Assembly (NCBI GenBank): GCA_030636765.1 | Contig: DAOVWI010000001.1 | Coordinates: 3,951-67,950 of the forward strand | Source of the DNA: Gemmatimonadales bacterium | GTDB lineage: Bacteria; Gemmatimonadota; Gemmatimonadetes; Palauibacterales; Palauibacteraceae | Direction of reading: 5' to 3' | DNA: 64,000 nt | Shown here: piece after piece, positions 9,400-20,905 of the stretch | Layout of the letters: each line of letters begins with the position of its first letter | How positions within the stretch are numbered: position 1 is the stretch's first letter | Notes under the pieces: model-generated | Databases searched by the model: none | The model's input: only the letters and a program-made list of their open reading frames with translations | What the model was told of the DNA's origin: nothing | Position numbers and translations under genes: made by a program

Positions 9400-9932
9400 G
9401 GCTTCGGATCGTCGCGGGCGAGCTCGGCGGTCGTAGGATCTCCGTGCCGGCCCGGCCGGGGCTGCGGGTGACGAGCGAGCGAGTGCGTGAGGCCTGGTTC
9501 AGCGCTCTCGGAGATAGCATCCGGGACGCCATCGTGGTGGACCTCTTCGCGGGATCGGGCGCGCTGGGAATGGAGGCTCTGTCGCGAGGCGCCGCGCGTG
9601 TCGACTTCGTGGAGGCCGACGCTCGGCTAGTCTCGGTGCTCCGCTCCAACCTCGAGAAGCTGGGGCTCGGCGAGCGAGGAGACGTGTTCCGGACCGAAGC
9701 TCTGGCCTTTCTCGAGCGCAGTGAGGCGTGCCGATGGGATGTGGCGCTCGCCGACCCCCCGTATCGTAAGGGGGAGGCGGCCCGGCTGGCGCTCCGGTTC
9801 CGGGACGAACCGTTCGCCTGGATCCTCTGCATCGAGCACGAGCCGGAGGCGCTGGCTTCGGAGGAGGAAGCGTGGTGGGTGCGACGGTATGGGGACACCG
9901 AGCTCACCTTCCTGCGGAGCGGCGCCGATTGA
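9396..9932 (+). CDS. rsmD: 16S rRNA (guanine966-N2)-methyltransferase RsmD
   Basis: VVDLFAGSGALGMEALSRGA...ADPPY motifs; TTG start overlapping the recJ stop. Confidence 0.9.
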   Translation: MRLRIVAGELGGRRISVPARPGLRVTSERVREAWFSALGDSIRDAIVVDLFAGSGALGMEALSRGAARVDFVEADARLVSVLRSNLEKLGLGERGDVFRTEALAFLERSEACRWDVALADPPYRKGEAARLALRFRDEPFAWILCIEHEPEALASEEEAWWVRRYGDTELTFLRSGAD

Positions 9933-9954
9933 CTCAGAAAGCGAGGCGGATCAG

Positions 9955-10467
9955 GTGACCAGATCGGAGAGGACCGCGGTGTATCCGGGCTCGTTCGACC
10001 CCCTCACGCTGGGGCACGATGACATCGTGCGCCGGAGCCTCAAGCTGGTGGATCGGCTCATCGTGACGGTGGCCTACACGGCAACCCAGGTGAAGCAGCC
10101 TCTCTTCGAGGTGAAAGAGCGGGTCGAGTTGCTGGAGCGCGTGTACGCGGACGAGCCGCGGGTGGAGGTGTCGTCCTTCCAGGGTCTCCTGGTGGACTTC
10201 GCCCGGTCGATGAGCGCGCCGATCATCATCCGCGGCCTCCGTGCGGTCAGCGACTTCGAGTACGAGTTCCAGATGGCGCTGATGAACCGCTCGTTGTGGC
10301 CGGAGATCGAGGTGATCTTCATGGCGCCGGCCAGCCAGTACACCTTCCTCAGCTCCTCGCTCGTCCGGGAGGTCGCGCGCCTCGGAGGCCGGGTGGCGGA
10401 CTTCGTCCCTCCGGTCGTGCTGGATGCCCTCATCGAGCGGGTGGGACCGAGCGTCGCCGGCGAGTGA
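9955..10467 (+). CDS. coaD: Phosphopantetheine adenylyltransferase
   Basis: [18 protein letters not shown] nucleotidyltransferase motif; GTG at 9955, in frame with the longer track ORF 9721..10467. Confidence 0.95.
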   Translation: MTRSERTAVYPGSFDPLTLGHDDIVRRSLKLVDRLIVTVAYTATQVKQPLFEVKERVELLERVYADEPRVEVSSFQGLLVDFARSMSAPIIIRGLRAVSDFEYEFQMALMNRSLWPEIEVIFMAPASQYTFLSSSLVREVARLGGRVADFVPPVVLDALIERVGPSVAGE

Positions 10468-11459
10468 CCGCCCGGGACGGCTTTCTCCGCTCCCTGGAGG
10501 AACGGGCGCGTGCCGCGCCTCGTCGTATCGGTTTTCCGGAAGCGGGCGACGGCCGCACGATCGAAGCGATGGCCCGGTTGTCGGAGTGCGGCCTCGTGCG
10601 TCCGGTGGCGGTGGGAAACGAGGCCGAGCTTCGGCTGCTGCGGGCGCGTCTTCCCGGGGTCGAGTGTGTGGACGTGCAGCGTCCTCCCTCCGTGGTCGCG
10701 TCGGCCGCCGGTGAGCAGTCGGACGCCGGTGAGCAGTCGGCCGCCGGCGAGCAGTCGGAGGGATGCGATCCGGGCTCTCCCGTGCACCTGACGGCGCGCC
10801 TCCTGCGCGCCGGATGGCTGGACGGAGCCGTGGCGGGCGCGGGCACGCCGACCGCGCAGGTGATTCGGGCGGGCCTCCGCTGCGTCGGCCTGGCGCCCGG
10901 CACCGCTACGGTGTCCAGCGCGTTCTACATGCTGCTGCGGGAGCCCTCCCCATCCGGGTCCGCGGTGCTGACGTTCGCGGACGCCGGGGTGGTGCCGGAT
11001 CCCACGCCCGCTCAGCTGGCGGAGATCGCCGAGGGGGCGGGCCGGGCGCGCCGGTTGATCGTCGGGGACGAGCCCCGCGTCGCCTTTCTCTCCTTCTCGA
11101 CTCACGGATCGGCGGAGGGCCCGGCCGTCGATCGCGTGCGTGAAGGGTTCCGGCTCTTCCGGGAGCGCTGCCCGGAGATCGCCGCGGATGGAGAGCTTCA
11201 GCCGGACGCCGCTCTCGTCCCGGCGGTGGCAGCGATGAAGGCACCGGATTCACCGGTTTCCGGGAGGGCGAACGTGCTGATCTTCCCGGATCTCGATGCC
11301 GGGAACATCGCGTATAAGCTCGTGCAGCGGCTCGCGGGGGCAGAGGCGCTGGGACCGATCCTCCAGGGCCTCGCCCGGCCGCTGAACGACCTGTCGCGAG
11401 GGGCCAGCGTCGACGACATCGTTCATGTCGCCTGCATCACGGCCCTGATGGCGGAGTGA
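10464..11459 (+). CDS. pta: Phosphate acetyltransferase/butyryltransferase (short-form Pta)
   Basis: [16 protein letters not shown]...[21 protein letters not shown] is characteristic of the Pta/Ptb family; GTG start overlaps the coaD stop (GTGA). Confidence 0.8.
   Translation: MTARDGFLRSLEERARAAPRRIGFPEAGDGRTIEAMARLSECGLVRPVAVGNEAELRLLRARLPGVECVDVQRPPSVVASAAGEQSDAGEQSAAGEQSEGCDPGSPVHLTARLLRAGWLDGAVAGAGTPTAQVIRAGLRCVGLAPGTATVSSAFYMLLREPSPSGSAVLTFADAGVVPDPTPAQLAEIAEGAGRARRLIVGDEPRVAFLSFSTHGSAEGPAVDRVREGFRLFRERCPEIAADGELQPDAALVPAVAAMKAPDSPVSGRANVLIFPDLDAGNIAYKLVQRLAGAEALGPILQGLARPLNDLSRGASVDDIVHVACITALMAE
10704..10757 (+). repeat. In-frame 18-nt x3 tandem repeat inside pta ([18 protein letters not shown])
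   Basis: gccgccggtgagcagtcg / gacgccggtgagcagtcg / gccgccggcgagcagtcg, read directly from the sequence. Confidence 0.85.
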
Positions 11460-11472
11460 GCGATCCACGACC

Positions 11473-12300
11473 GTGCGCGCCAAGCGATCCCTCAGCCAGA
11501 ACTTCCTGACCGATCCCAATCTGCGACGCAAGGTCGTGAAGGAGTTGGAGGCCTCCCCGGAGGACGCCGTGCTCGAGATCGGGGCGGGCCACGGGGAGCT
11601 CGGGTCGCTCCTGGTAGACCGCGTGGCCGAACTGGTGCTGGTCGAGAAGGACGACGGTCTCGTCTCCGGCCTCGAGTCCCGCTTCGCCGGCTGCGCCGGC
11701 GTGCGGGTCGTTCACGGGGACGCCCTCGAGCTGGATCTGACCTCCCTCGTGCCGACAGGGCGGACGTACCGGGTGCTCTCCAACCTGCCGTATGCCATCA
11801 CGACGCCGCTGCTCTTCCGGATTCTCGAGCTCCGGCCGTCGCCCGCGCGGGTTGTCGTCACGGTGCAGATCGAGGTGGCCGAGCGGATCGTCGCGGCCTC
11901 GGGAACGAAGGTGTACGGAGCCTTGAGCGTCGGCGTCCAGGTCCGCGGAACGGCGCGCGTCGCGTTCCGCATCGGCCGGATGGCGTTTCGGCCGGTGCCG
12001 GCCGTGGATTCGGCGGTCGTCGTCATCGAGCCGGCCCTGAAGGCGCTCCCGGCGGAGGAGGAGATGGCGCTCCGGCAGCTCACACGGGTGGCGTTTGGCT
12101 GGCGTCGTAAGCAGCTGCAGAAGATCCTCCGCTCGGCGCCCGAGTATCGTCTGAGGCCGGAGGAAGTGGCCGAGGTGGCCGTCGCCGTGGGGTTCGATCC
12201 GCACACCCGTCCCGAGACGCTCGATCCCGCGACGTTCCTGAGTCTCGCACGCGCCCTCGATCGGATGGGGCGGGAGCGGAGCGGCGATCCGAGTTGTTGA
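11473..12300 (+). CDS. rsmA: 16S rRNA (adenine1518/1519-N6)-dimethyltransferase RsmA/KsgA
   Basis: QNFL..., LEIGAGHGELG and SNLPY motifs. Confidence 0.95.
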   Translation: MRAKRSLSQNFLTDPNLRRKVVKELEASPEDAVLEIGAGHGELGSLLVDRVAELVLVEKDDGLVSGLESRFAGCAGVRVVHGDALELDLTSLVPTGRTYRVLSNLPYAITTPLLFRILELRPSPARVVVTVQIEVAERIVAASGTKVYGALSVGVQVRGTARVAFRIGRMAFRPVPAVDSAVVVIEPALKALPAEEEMALRQLTRVAFGWRRKQLQKILRSAPEYRLRPEEVAEVAVAVGFDPHTRPETLDPATFLSLARALDRMGRERSGDPSC

Positions 12301-12327
12301 GAAGAGCCGTGCTCCCGGATAGGTTGC

Positions 12328-12345
12328 TTGTGAAGGTTTTCACAA
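12328..12345. promoter_or_regulatory. Rex operator TTGTGAAGGTTTTCACAA
   Basis: Exact match to the Rex consensus TTGTGAAnnnnTTCACAA, 14 bp upstream of the rex start codon. Confidence 0.8.
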
Positions 12346-12358
12346 GCCGCCAGGGAGC

Positions 12359-13012
12359 ATGAACAAGATCTCGGAATCGGCCGTTCGCCGCCTTTCGCTG
12401 TACCTGCGTCTGCTTAAAGGGATCTCGGGGGAGCGGGAGCTCATCTCCAGCCAGGAGCTGGCCGAACAAAGCGGGTCCACGTCTGCGCAGGTTCGGAAGG
12501 ATCTGAGTCTCTTCGGCTCGTTCGGGCAACGTGGCAGGGGGTACAGCGTCCCCGAGCTGATCGATACGCTCGAGCGCATCCTTGGTCTCGAGCGGCGCTG
12601 GCGGGTGGCGGTCGTAGGCGTCGGGAAGCTCGGCTCCGCGCTTCTCGGCTACCGGGGGCTCAGCGAGAGAGGCTTCGACGTCGTGGCGGCCTTCGACGTG
12701 GACGCGGGCAAAGTGGGCACCGAGCTCAACGGTATCGATATCCGATCGATCGACTCGCTTCCCGGCGTCGTCCGGGAACGAGGGGTGGAGATCGGCATCA
12801 TCGCTACGCCGCCCGAGGAGGCGGAGCGGATCGCGAGCTGCCTGGCGGACGCCGGCGTCTCGGCCGTTCTCAGCTTCGCTCCGATCGAGCTTGGAGACCG
12901 AGACCCGATGGTCGTACGGACGATGGATCTCGCGCTCGAGTTGGAGAGGCTCACGTTCGCGCTCACCTCCGCTCGTAACGCGGCTCGCCCCATTACTCGG
13001 ACAGGCTCCTAG
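12359..13012 (+). CDS. rex: Redox-sensing transcriptional repressor Rex
   Basis: N-terminal wHTH (SSQELAEQSGSTSAQVRKDLSLFGSFGQRGRGYSV) plus Rossmann NADH-binding domain (VAVVGVGKLGSALL). Confidence 0.9.
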   Translation: MNKISESAVRRLSLYLRLLKGISGERELISSQELAEQSGSTSAQVRKDLSLFGSFGQRGRGYSVPELIDTLERILGLERRWRVAVVGVGKLGSALLGYRGLSERGFDVVAAFDVDAGKVGTELNGIDIRSIDSLPGVVRERGVEIGIIATPPEEAERIASCLADAGVSAVLSFAPIELGDRDPMVVRTMDLALELERLTFALTSARNAARPITRTGS

Positions 13013-13051
13013 AGCTCGCATGACCGGCGGCTCTGTCGGACGGAATCGGGC

Positions 13052-13921
13052 ATGACCGGCGCGGGCGTGCGGTTCTCGGAGAGCTCATCGCTCCTTTCCC
13101 GGGCCATGGACCTCATCGAGGAAGGGCCGCAGTCGACGTCCCGGATCGCCGGTCGCGTGTTCGGGGTCCGAAGCGGTCCCCCGGGGCTGGCCGCCCGCAT
13201 GGTTTTCGAGCTCCTGGCGGAGGACCACCGGGTCCGCGTGGACGCCGATGGCGTATGGCGCCTGGCTGCCGACGCCGGCCGGGAGGACCGGCCTCTCGAT
13301 TCGCTCAGCTACGTCGTGGTCGACGTCGAGACCACGGGCATGCCCGTCTCGCAGGGAGGCCGGATCATCGAGATCGCTGCCGTCCAGGTGAGGGAGGGAG
13401 CCCTTCGGGACGAGTTTGCCACGCTCATCAACCCGGGCGGCCCGATCCCACGCTGGGTGTCCGGCCTGACCGGTATCTCCCAGGAGATGGTCGCATCGGC
13501 GCCCCGCTTCGAGGAGGTCTGCGACGAGCTGCGACGCAGGTTGGAGGGCAGGGTGTTCGTGGCCCACAACGCCGCCTACGACTGGGCGTACGTGAGCGCC
13601 GAGATGCGACGGGCCCGCCGGATCGTCCCCAGCGGGCCGCGGCTCTGCACCGTCCGCATGGCCCGCAAGGCCCTCCCCGGCGTCCGGCGGCGGGGCCTCG
13701 ACTCTCTGGCGGCTTTCTACGGGATCGAGATCGAGGGCCGCCACCGGGCGGAGGGCGACGCCCGCGCCACCGCGTTGCTCCTGCTGCGTCTCCTGCAGGA
13801 GGCCGACCGTCAGGGCGTCGGGCGGTGGGGGGAGCTGCAGAGCTGGCTGGGTCGCCGCGGGTCAAGGGGTCGCCGCGGGCCGAAGCGGCGTCACGGGCGT
13901 GGCGGGAAGGTGGCGCCATGA
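13052..13921 (+). CDS. DnaQ-like 3'-5' exonuclease (DNA Pol III epsilon family) with ~90-aa N-terminal extension
   Basis: DEDDh motifs YVVVDVETTG ... FVAHNAAYDWAYV ... HRAEGDARAT. Confidence 0.85.
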   Translation: MTGAGVRFSESSSLLSRAMDLIEEGPQSTSRIAGRVFGVRSGPPGLAARMVFELLAEDHRVRVDADGVWRLAADAGREDRPLDSLSYVVVDVETTGMPVSQGGRIIEIAAVQVREGALRDEFATLINPGGPIPRWVSGLTGISQEMVASAPRFEEVCDELRRRLEGRVFVAHNAAYDWAYVSAEMRRARRIVPSGPRLCTVRMARKALPGVRRRGLDSLAAFYGIEIEGRHRAEGDARATALLLLRLLQEADRQGVGRWGELQSWLGRRGSRGRRGPKRRHGRGGKVAP

Positions 13922-14859
13922 TCGTCTGCGAGGCGAGCGGAATCCGCGTGCGGACGATCGACGCCGGTCGCCTGTGGCTCGATGGCGGCGCCATGTTCGG
14001 CGTCGTGCCGAAACCGCTGTGGAGTCGACGCATTCCGGCCGACGAGCGGAACCGCATCCAGCTCTCCATGCGTTGCCTGCTGGTCGAGACCGGGGGGCTG
14101 CGTGTGCTCGTCGACACCGGCCTCGGGAACAAGGAAGACGACAAGTTCCTGGACATCTACGGGGTGGAGAACGACGGCCGGCCCACGAGGCTCGAGGACT
14201 CCCTGCGCGCGGCCGGCGTGGAACCGGGGGAGGTGGACGTCGTGGTCTGCACGCACCTCCACTTCGACCACGCGGGCGGCAGCACGACCCTGGGCGAGGA
14301 CGGGCTGATTCGGCCCTCGTTTCCAAACGCCCGCTACGTGATCCGGCGCGGGGAGTGGGACTTCGCTCATGAGAGGAACGAACGGGTTCGGGCCAGCTAC
14401 ATGAGCAAGCACTTCGATCCGCTCGCCGAGGCAGGTCAGGTTGAGCTGGTGGACGAGGATGTCGAGGTCGTGCCCGGGATCCGAGTCGTCCGCACCGCGG
14501 GCCACACGCCGTATCATCAGTCGGTGCTCGTGGAGGCAGGGGATCAGACGGTCTTCTTTCCCGTGGATCTGGCCCCGACGAGCGCCCACCTGCCCCTGCC
14601 CTGGATCATGGGCTACGACGTCGAGCCGCTGGTCACGCTGGAGAGCAAGCGAGAGTGGCTGACGCGCGCTGGATCCGAAGGCTGGCTCATGGTGTTCAGT
14701 CACGATCCGGTGGTCGCGGCGGGCGTGGCCCGGCCGCGGGACGGTCGTGACGGATGCGAGCTGGCGGAGCCGCGATCCGACGGTGCGGACGCTCCCGACG
14801 GAGAGGCCGTCGGCGAGCCGAGAAAGGACAGCGATAATGACGGACAAGATGAAGGATAA
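13918..14859 (+). CDS. MBL-fold metallo-hydrolase
   Basis: HLHFDHAGG metallo-beta-lactamase motif; ATG overlaps the upstream stop (ATGA). It is the C-terminal portion of track ORF 13255..14859. Confidence 0.8.
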   Translation: MIVCEASGIRVRTIDAGRLWLDGGAMFGVVPKPLWSRRIPADERNRIQLSMRCLLVETGGLRVLVDTGLGNKEDDKFLDIYGVENDGRPTRLEDSLRAAGVEPGEVDVVVCTHLHFDHAGGSTTLGEDGLIRPSFPNARYVIRRGEWDFAHERNERVRASYMSKHFDPLAEAGQVELVDEDVEVVPGIRVVRTAGHTPYHQSVLVEAGDQTVFFPVDLAPTSAHLPLPWIMGYDVEPLVTLESKREWLTRAGSEGWLMVFSHDPVVAAGVARPRDGRDGCELAEPRSDGADAPDGEAVGEPRKDSDNDGQDEG

Positions 14860-14872
14860 GGAACGCACGGCG

Positions 14873-16060
<1,188 letters not shown>

Positions 16061-16068
16061 GATTACTT

Positions 16069-16650
16069 ATGCTATCATTTGACAAGACAATACGATATGG
16101 CGCTGGCCCGGTGGCGACCGTGCGGCGCCGAGGTTTGGTGTGGGCGGCCGGCGCGGTTCTGTTTGCGGTCCTGACGGCAGCCGGCGCGCGGCTCGCCGTG
16201 CCGCTCCCGGGCACGGCGGTGCCCTTCACGCTCCAGGTGCTCGCGGTGCTTCTCTCGGGCTTCGTTCTCGGCCCGTACGTGGGCGCGGCGAGCCAGATCC
16301 TCTATCTGGCCGCCGGGCTCGCGGGCGTTCCGGTCTTTTACGCCGGAGGCGGCTTTGCGTACCTCCTGGGCCCGACGGGCGGTTACCTTCTCGCGTTCCC
16401 GGCCGCGGCGGCGATCGCCGGGGCGTTCGCGTGGAGGTCGCCGCGTGTCGGGTCGATGCTGCTCGGGGCGGGGCTTGCCGTGGCGATGATCCACCTGGGC
16501 GGCGCTGCCTGGCTGGCGCTGGTGGTGGGTGGCGACGCCGCTCTTCGCGCGGGCGTGCTTCCCTTCCTTCCAGGAGACCTGCTGAAGGTGGCTCTCGCGG
16601 TCCTCATCGGCAGCCGCTTCCAGGGTCGCTTTCGCCGGACGTTCGGATAG
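16069..16650 (+). CDS. bioY: Biotin transporter BioY
   Basis: Multi-TM protein with the BioY signature VPFTLQVLAVLLSGFVLGP; the first 15 codons are unusually AT-rich. Confidence 0.85.
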   Translation: MLSFDKTIRYGAGPVATVRRRGLVWAAGAVLFAVLTAAGARLAVPLPGTAVPFTLQVLAVLLSGFVLGPYVGAASQILYLAAGLAGVPVFYAGGGFAYLLGPTGGYLLAFPAAAAIAGAFAWRSPRVGSMLLGAGLAVAMIHLGGAAWLALVVGGDAALRAGVLPFLPGDLLKVALAVLIGSRFQGRFRRTFG

Positions 16651-16711
16651 CCCGGCCGGTCCTGAGAATGGCGGGGCTCTCTTCGGAGCCGCCCTTCAGC
16701 GCCGACTCGTC

Positions 16712-17650
16712 GTGATCCTGCGAGGGTCGGAAGGCCGCCTTCGCGCCGGTTGGCGGCTGGCGCTGTTCGTGGCCATCTTCCTGGCGGCGCTCCTCGTCTT
16801 GAGCCTGCTGGCGGTCTGGCTGAACGCCCCGTGGGTCAGCGGTGCCTGGCCGGAGCGCTGGGGCTTCGTCTCGCCGCTCCTGGCCGTCGTTTTCGCGAGC
16901 TGGATCATGATGGAGCGGGTGGAGCGGATGCCGCTGGCGGCGTTGGGCTTGCCGGTCGACCGACTCCTCCCGGGCTCGTTCGGCCGCGGGGCCGCGTTCG
17001 GCACGATCCTGATGGGTGCCGTAGTGCTGGCGATGGCCGCCGCCGGTGTCGTCGTATGGGTGCGGACACCCGCTCCGGTTGGCCAGGGCGTGATGGTGTT
17101 CTTGGAGCTCAGCGCCTTCATGGTCCTCGCGGCGTTTGCCGAGGAACTGCTGCTGCGGGGCTACTTGCTCCAGGTGATGGCCGAGGCACTGGGCGGTCCT
17201 CCCGCCATCCTGGTGACGGCGGTCGTGTTCGCCGCCCTGCACGGCTTGAACCCGCATATCTCGCTCCTGGCGCTGACGAACATCGCCCTGGCGGGAGTTC
17301 TCCTTGGCGCGGCTCTCTGGCGGACGATGAGCCTGTGGTTTGCGACCGGGCTCCACTTCGGCTGGAACTGGATGATGGGCGTGCTTGCGGACCTGCCTGT
17401 CAGCGGCCTGGACGACTCCACGCCGGGATTCTCGTTCGACACGCCCGGCTTCGACGCCGTCGTGGACAGGGCCAGCCCTCTGACGGGTGGCGCGTTCGGG
17501 CCGGAGGGCAGCCTGCTGGTGACTGCGGCCACCCTGGCCGGCATCGTGTGGGTAGTCCGGAGTCGGCGAACCCAGCCGGCGCTTCGGGTGTTGGCCCTCC
17601 GGCCGCCGGCCGTCCGGCGCAGAGGCCCGGCGCAAAGAGCTAGAGAGTAG
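16712..17650 (+). CDS. CPBP-family intramembrane metalloprotease (CAAX protease-like)
   Basis: EELLLRG ... FAALH ... HFGWN motifs in a multi-TM protein. Confidence 0.8.
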   Translation: MILRGSEGRLRAGWRLALFVAIFLAALLVLSLLAVWLNAPWVSGAWPERWGFVSPLLAVVFASWIMMERVERMPLAALGLPVDRLLPGSFGRGAAFGTILMGAVVLAMAAAGVVVWVRTPAPVGQGVMVFLELSAFMVLAAFAEELLLRGYLLQVMAEALGGPPAILVTAVVFAALHGLNPHISLLALTNIALAGVLLGAALWRTMSLWFATGLHFGWNWMMGVLADLPVSGLDDSTPGFSFDTPGFDAVVDRASPLTGGAFGPEGSLLVTAATLAGIVWVVRSRRTQPALRVLALRPPAVRRRGPAQRARE

Positions 17651-17661
17651 AGGAGAGAAGC

Positions 17662-18561
<900 letters not shown>

Positions 18562-18564
18562 AGG

Positions 18565-19752
18565 ATGCTACGAGCACACCTCGGCATCACGCCGACGGAA
18601 GAGCAGCGACAGATCTGCGGGCTCGCGCGTTCCTTCGCGGAGTCGGAGCTGCGGCCCCATGCGGAGTGACGAGATCGGGAGGAGGCGAGCTTCGATCGAG
18701 CCGTCGTGGACCAACTCGGCGAGCTGGGCTTCCTCGGCATGCTCATCCCGGAGGAGTACGACGGGCTAGGGCTGGACATGCTCACGTACCTTTACTCGCT
18801 CGTGGAGATCGCCTGGGGAGATCCATCGGTCTCCGTCTCGATCAGCGTGCACAACTCGCTTCCGACGCAGATCCTCCTGCGGCACGGCACGGAGGCGCAG
18901 AAACAGAGATGGCTCAGGCCGATGGCGCGCGGCGAGCTGCTGGGTGCTTTCTCGCTCTCCGAGGCGGGGGCGGGCAGCGACGCGGCCGGCTTGACGGCAC
19001 AGGCTCGCCGCGACGGGGATGGGTGGGTGCTGGACGGGGCGAAGGCGTGGGTGACGAACGGGGCGTCGGCGGATCTCGTGCTTCTGTTCGCCCGCACCGA
19101 TACGCCGGACGATCGACGCGGGTCGCGCGGTATCGGTGCCTTTCTCGTTCCGACGGATGCCCCCGGTTACTGCCCGGGCAAGAAGGAACGCAAGATGGGC
19201 ATTCGCGGTTCGGAGACGGTGGAAGTGTCCCTCAACGATCTCCGCCTCGGCCCCGAGCACCTGATCGGCGAGCCGAACCGCGGCTTCCGCTACGCGCTGG
19301 CGGCGCTGGAGGGTGGGCGGCTCGGGATCGCCGCTCAGGCGGTCGGCATCGCCCGGGCGGCTCTCGAGCACGCGCTGCGGTACGCGGAGGAGCGAAGTCA
19401 GTTCGGAGCACCGATTCGCGACTTCCAGGGGATCCAGTTCAAGCTGGCGGAGATGGGCCGGCGCTACGAGACGGCTCTGGCCATTCTGGAGCGAGCCGGC
19501 CGGGCGCATGAGGCCGGGGATCCGCGTAGCCGTCGCCTGTCCTCCACCGCCAAGCTGACGGCGAGCGAGTCCGCGGTCTGGATCGCGCGGCAGGCGGTGC
19601 AGGTGTTCGGTGGGTACGGATACAGCCGGGAGTACCCGGTCGAGCGGCTGTTCCGCGACTCGAAGATCACGGAGATTTACGAAGGCACCAGCGAGATCCA
19701 CCGCTGGATCATCGCCGGACAGCTCTATAGGGAAAGGGACGGAGTCCAATGA
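18565..19752 (+). pseudogene. Acyl-CoA dehydrogenase interrupted by an in-frame TGA at 18667-18669 (pseudogene, sequencing error or leaky stop)
   Basis: A 34-aa N-terminal ORF (MLRAHLGITPTEEQRQICGLARSFAESELRPHAE*) continues in the same frame into a full ACAD body (RDREEASF...GELGFLGML...YEGTSEIHRWIIAGQLYR). The stop sits where ACADs have a conserved Trp (PHAAEWD). Confidence 0.8.
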
Positions 19753-20858
19753 ACCCCACGGACGTGATCGACGAGACCGTCGAGCTTACGGGGCTGGGCA
19801 AGACCCAGCTCTTCGATCTATTCGCTGAGTATGGCCACGAGCAGGTCATCTTCAGCTGCGAGCCCTCCTGCGGCTACAGAGGCATCGTGGCGATCCATGA
19901 CACGACGCTCGGTCCGGCGCTCGGCGGCACGAGGTTCTGGAGCTACGAGACCGATCTCGACGCGCTTGTCGACGTGCTCCGGCTCTCTCGTGGGATGACC
20001 TACAAGGCGGCCATCGCGGGATTGAATCTCGGGGGAGGGAAGGCGGTCATCATCGGCGACAACCAGACGCGGTATCGTGAGATGATCATGCGGGCCCACG
20101 GCCGCGTCGTGGAGAGCCTCGGCGGACGCTATATCACGGCGGAGGACGTCGGAACGAACGTCGAGGACATGGATTACGTTCACACGGAGACGGAGTACGT
20201 GGTCGGCATCCTCGGCCGCTCGGGCGATCCCTCTCCCGTCACCGCCTTCGGCGTTTACCGGGGGATCAAGGCGTGCGCGTTCAAGCGCTACGGCGACGAT
20301 GACCTCGATAAGAAGACGGTGGCGGTGCAGGGGGTGGGACACGTCGGATATCACCTTTGCCGCTACCTCGCGGAGGAGGGGGCGAAGCTCTTCGTAACCG
20401 ACATCGATCACGCGAAGGTGGGCCGCGCGGTGGACGAGCTGGGGGCCGTCGCCGTCGGTCCGGACGAGATCTACGAGGTGGAAGCCGACATCTTCGCGCC
20501 CTGCGCGCTTGGCGCGGTGCTGAACAGCCGCACGATCCCCAGCCTGCGGGCGAACATCGTGGCGGGCGCGGCGAACAACCAGCTGGAAACCGAGGAGGAC
20601 GCCGAGCGACTCCGCGAAAGCGGTATCCTGTACGCTCCGGACTACGTCATCAACGCCGGAGGGCTCATCAACGTGTACTCCGAGCTCGTCGGCTGGAGTC
20701 TCGAGCGTTCGCAGCGAAAGGCTGGCGAGATCTACAACGTGATCCTGCGCATCTTCGAGCTGGCCGAGGCGGAGGGGCTGACGAGCGCCGAGGCGGCGGA
20801 CCGGCTCGCCATGCGGCGAGTCGATCAGGTCGCGAAGCTGCACAGATCGCATGTCTGA
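19749..20858 (+). CDS. Leucine dehydrogenase (Glu/Leu/Phe/Val dehydrogenase family)
   Basis: [14 protein letters not shown] ... [17 protein letters not shown]; typical Leu dehydrogenase length and motifs. Confidence 0.85.
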   Translation: MNPTDVIDETVELTGLGKTQLFDLFAEYGHEQVIFSCEPSCGYRGIVAIHDTTLGPALGGTRFWSYETDLDALVDVLRLSRGMTYKAAIAGLNLGGGKAVIIGDNQTRYREMIMRAHGRVVESLGGRYITAEDVGTNVEDMDYVHTETEYVVGILGRSGDPSPVTAFGVYRGIKACAFKRYGDDDLDKKTVAVQGVGHVGYHLCRYLAEEGAKLFVTDIDHAKVGRAVDELGAVAVGPDEIYEVEADIFAPCALGAVLNSRTIPSLRANIVAGAANNQLETEEDAERLRESGILYAPDYVINAGGLINVYSELVGWSLERSQRKAGEIYNVILRIFELAEAEGLTSAEAADRLAMRRVDQVAKLHRSHV

Positions 20859-20905
20859 CGGCACATCTGAAACGTTCCCGACATCGAGGCGGGTCTCTGA
20901 CCCGG

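Noticed and set aside
13255-13917. N-terminal 220 codons of track ORF 13255..14859
   Set aside because: Only the segment from ATG 13918 shows the MBL-fold signature; the upstream part is an alternative frame of the exonuclease gene with Arg/Gly/Pro-rich translation.
18667-18669. TGA in the ACAD gene read as Trp (genetic code 4) or selenocysteine
   Set aside because: Many clear genes in the window terminate with TGA (mutS2, coaD, thiL, gatA and others), which rules out a TGA=Trp code. No SECIS-like stem-loop follows, and ACADs are not selenoproteins.
20357-20905. N-terminal extension of the glyA track ORF (starting 20357)
   Set aside because: Overlaps the 3' half of the leucine dehydrogenase gene in another frame; the GlyA homology begins at MSEMSEV (20906).
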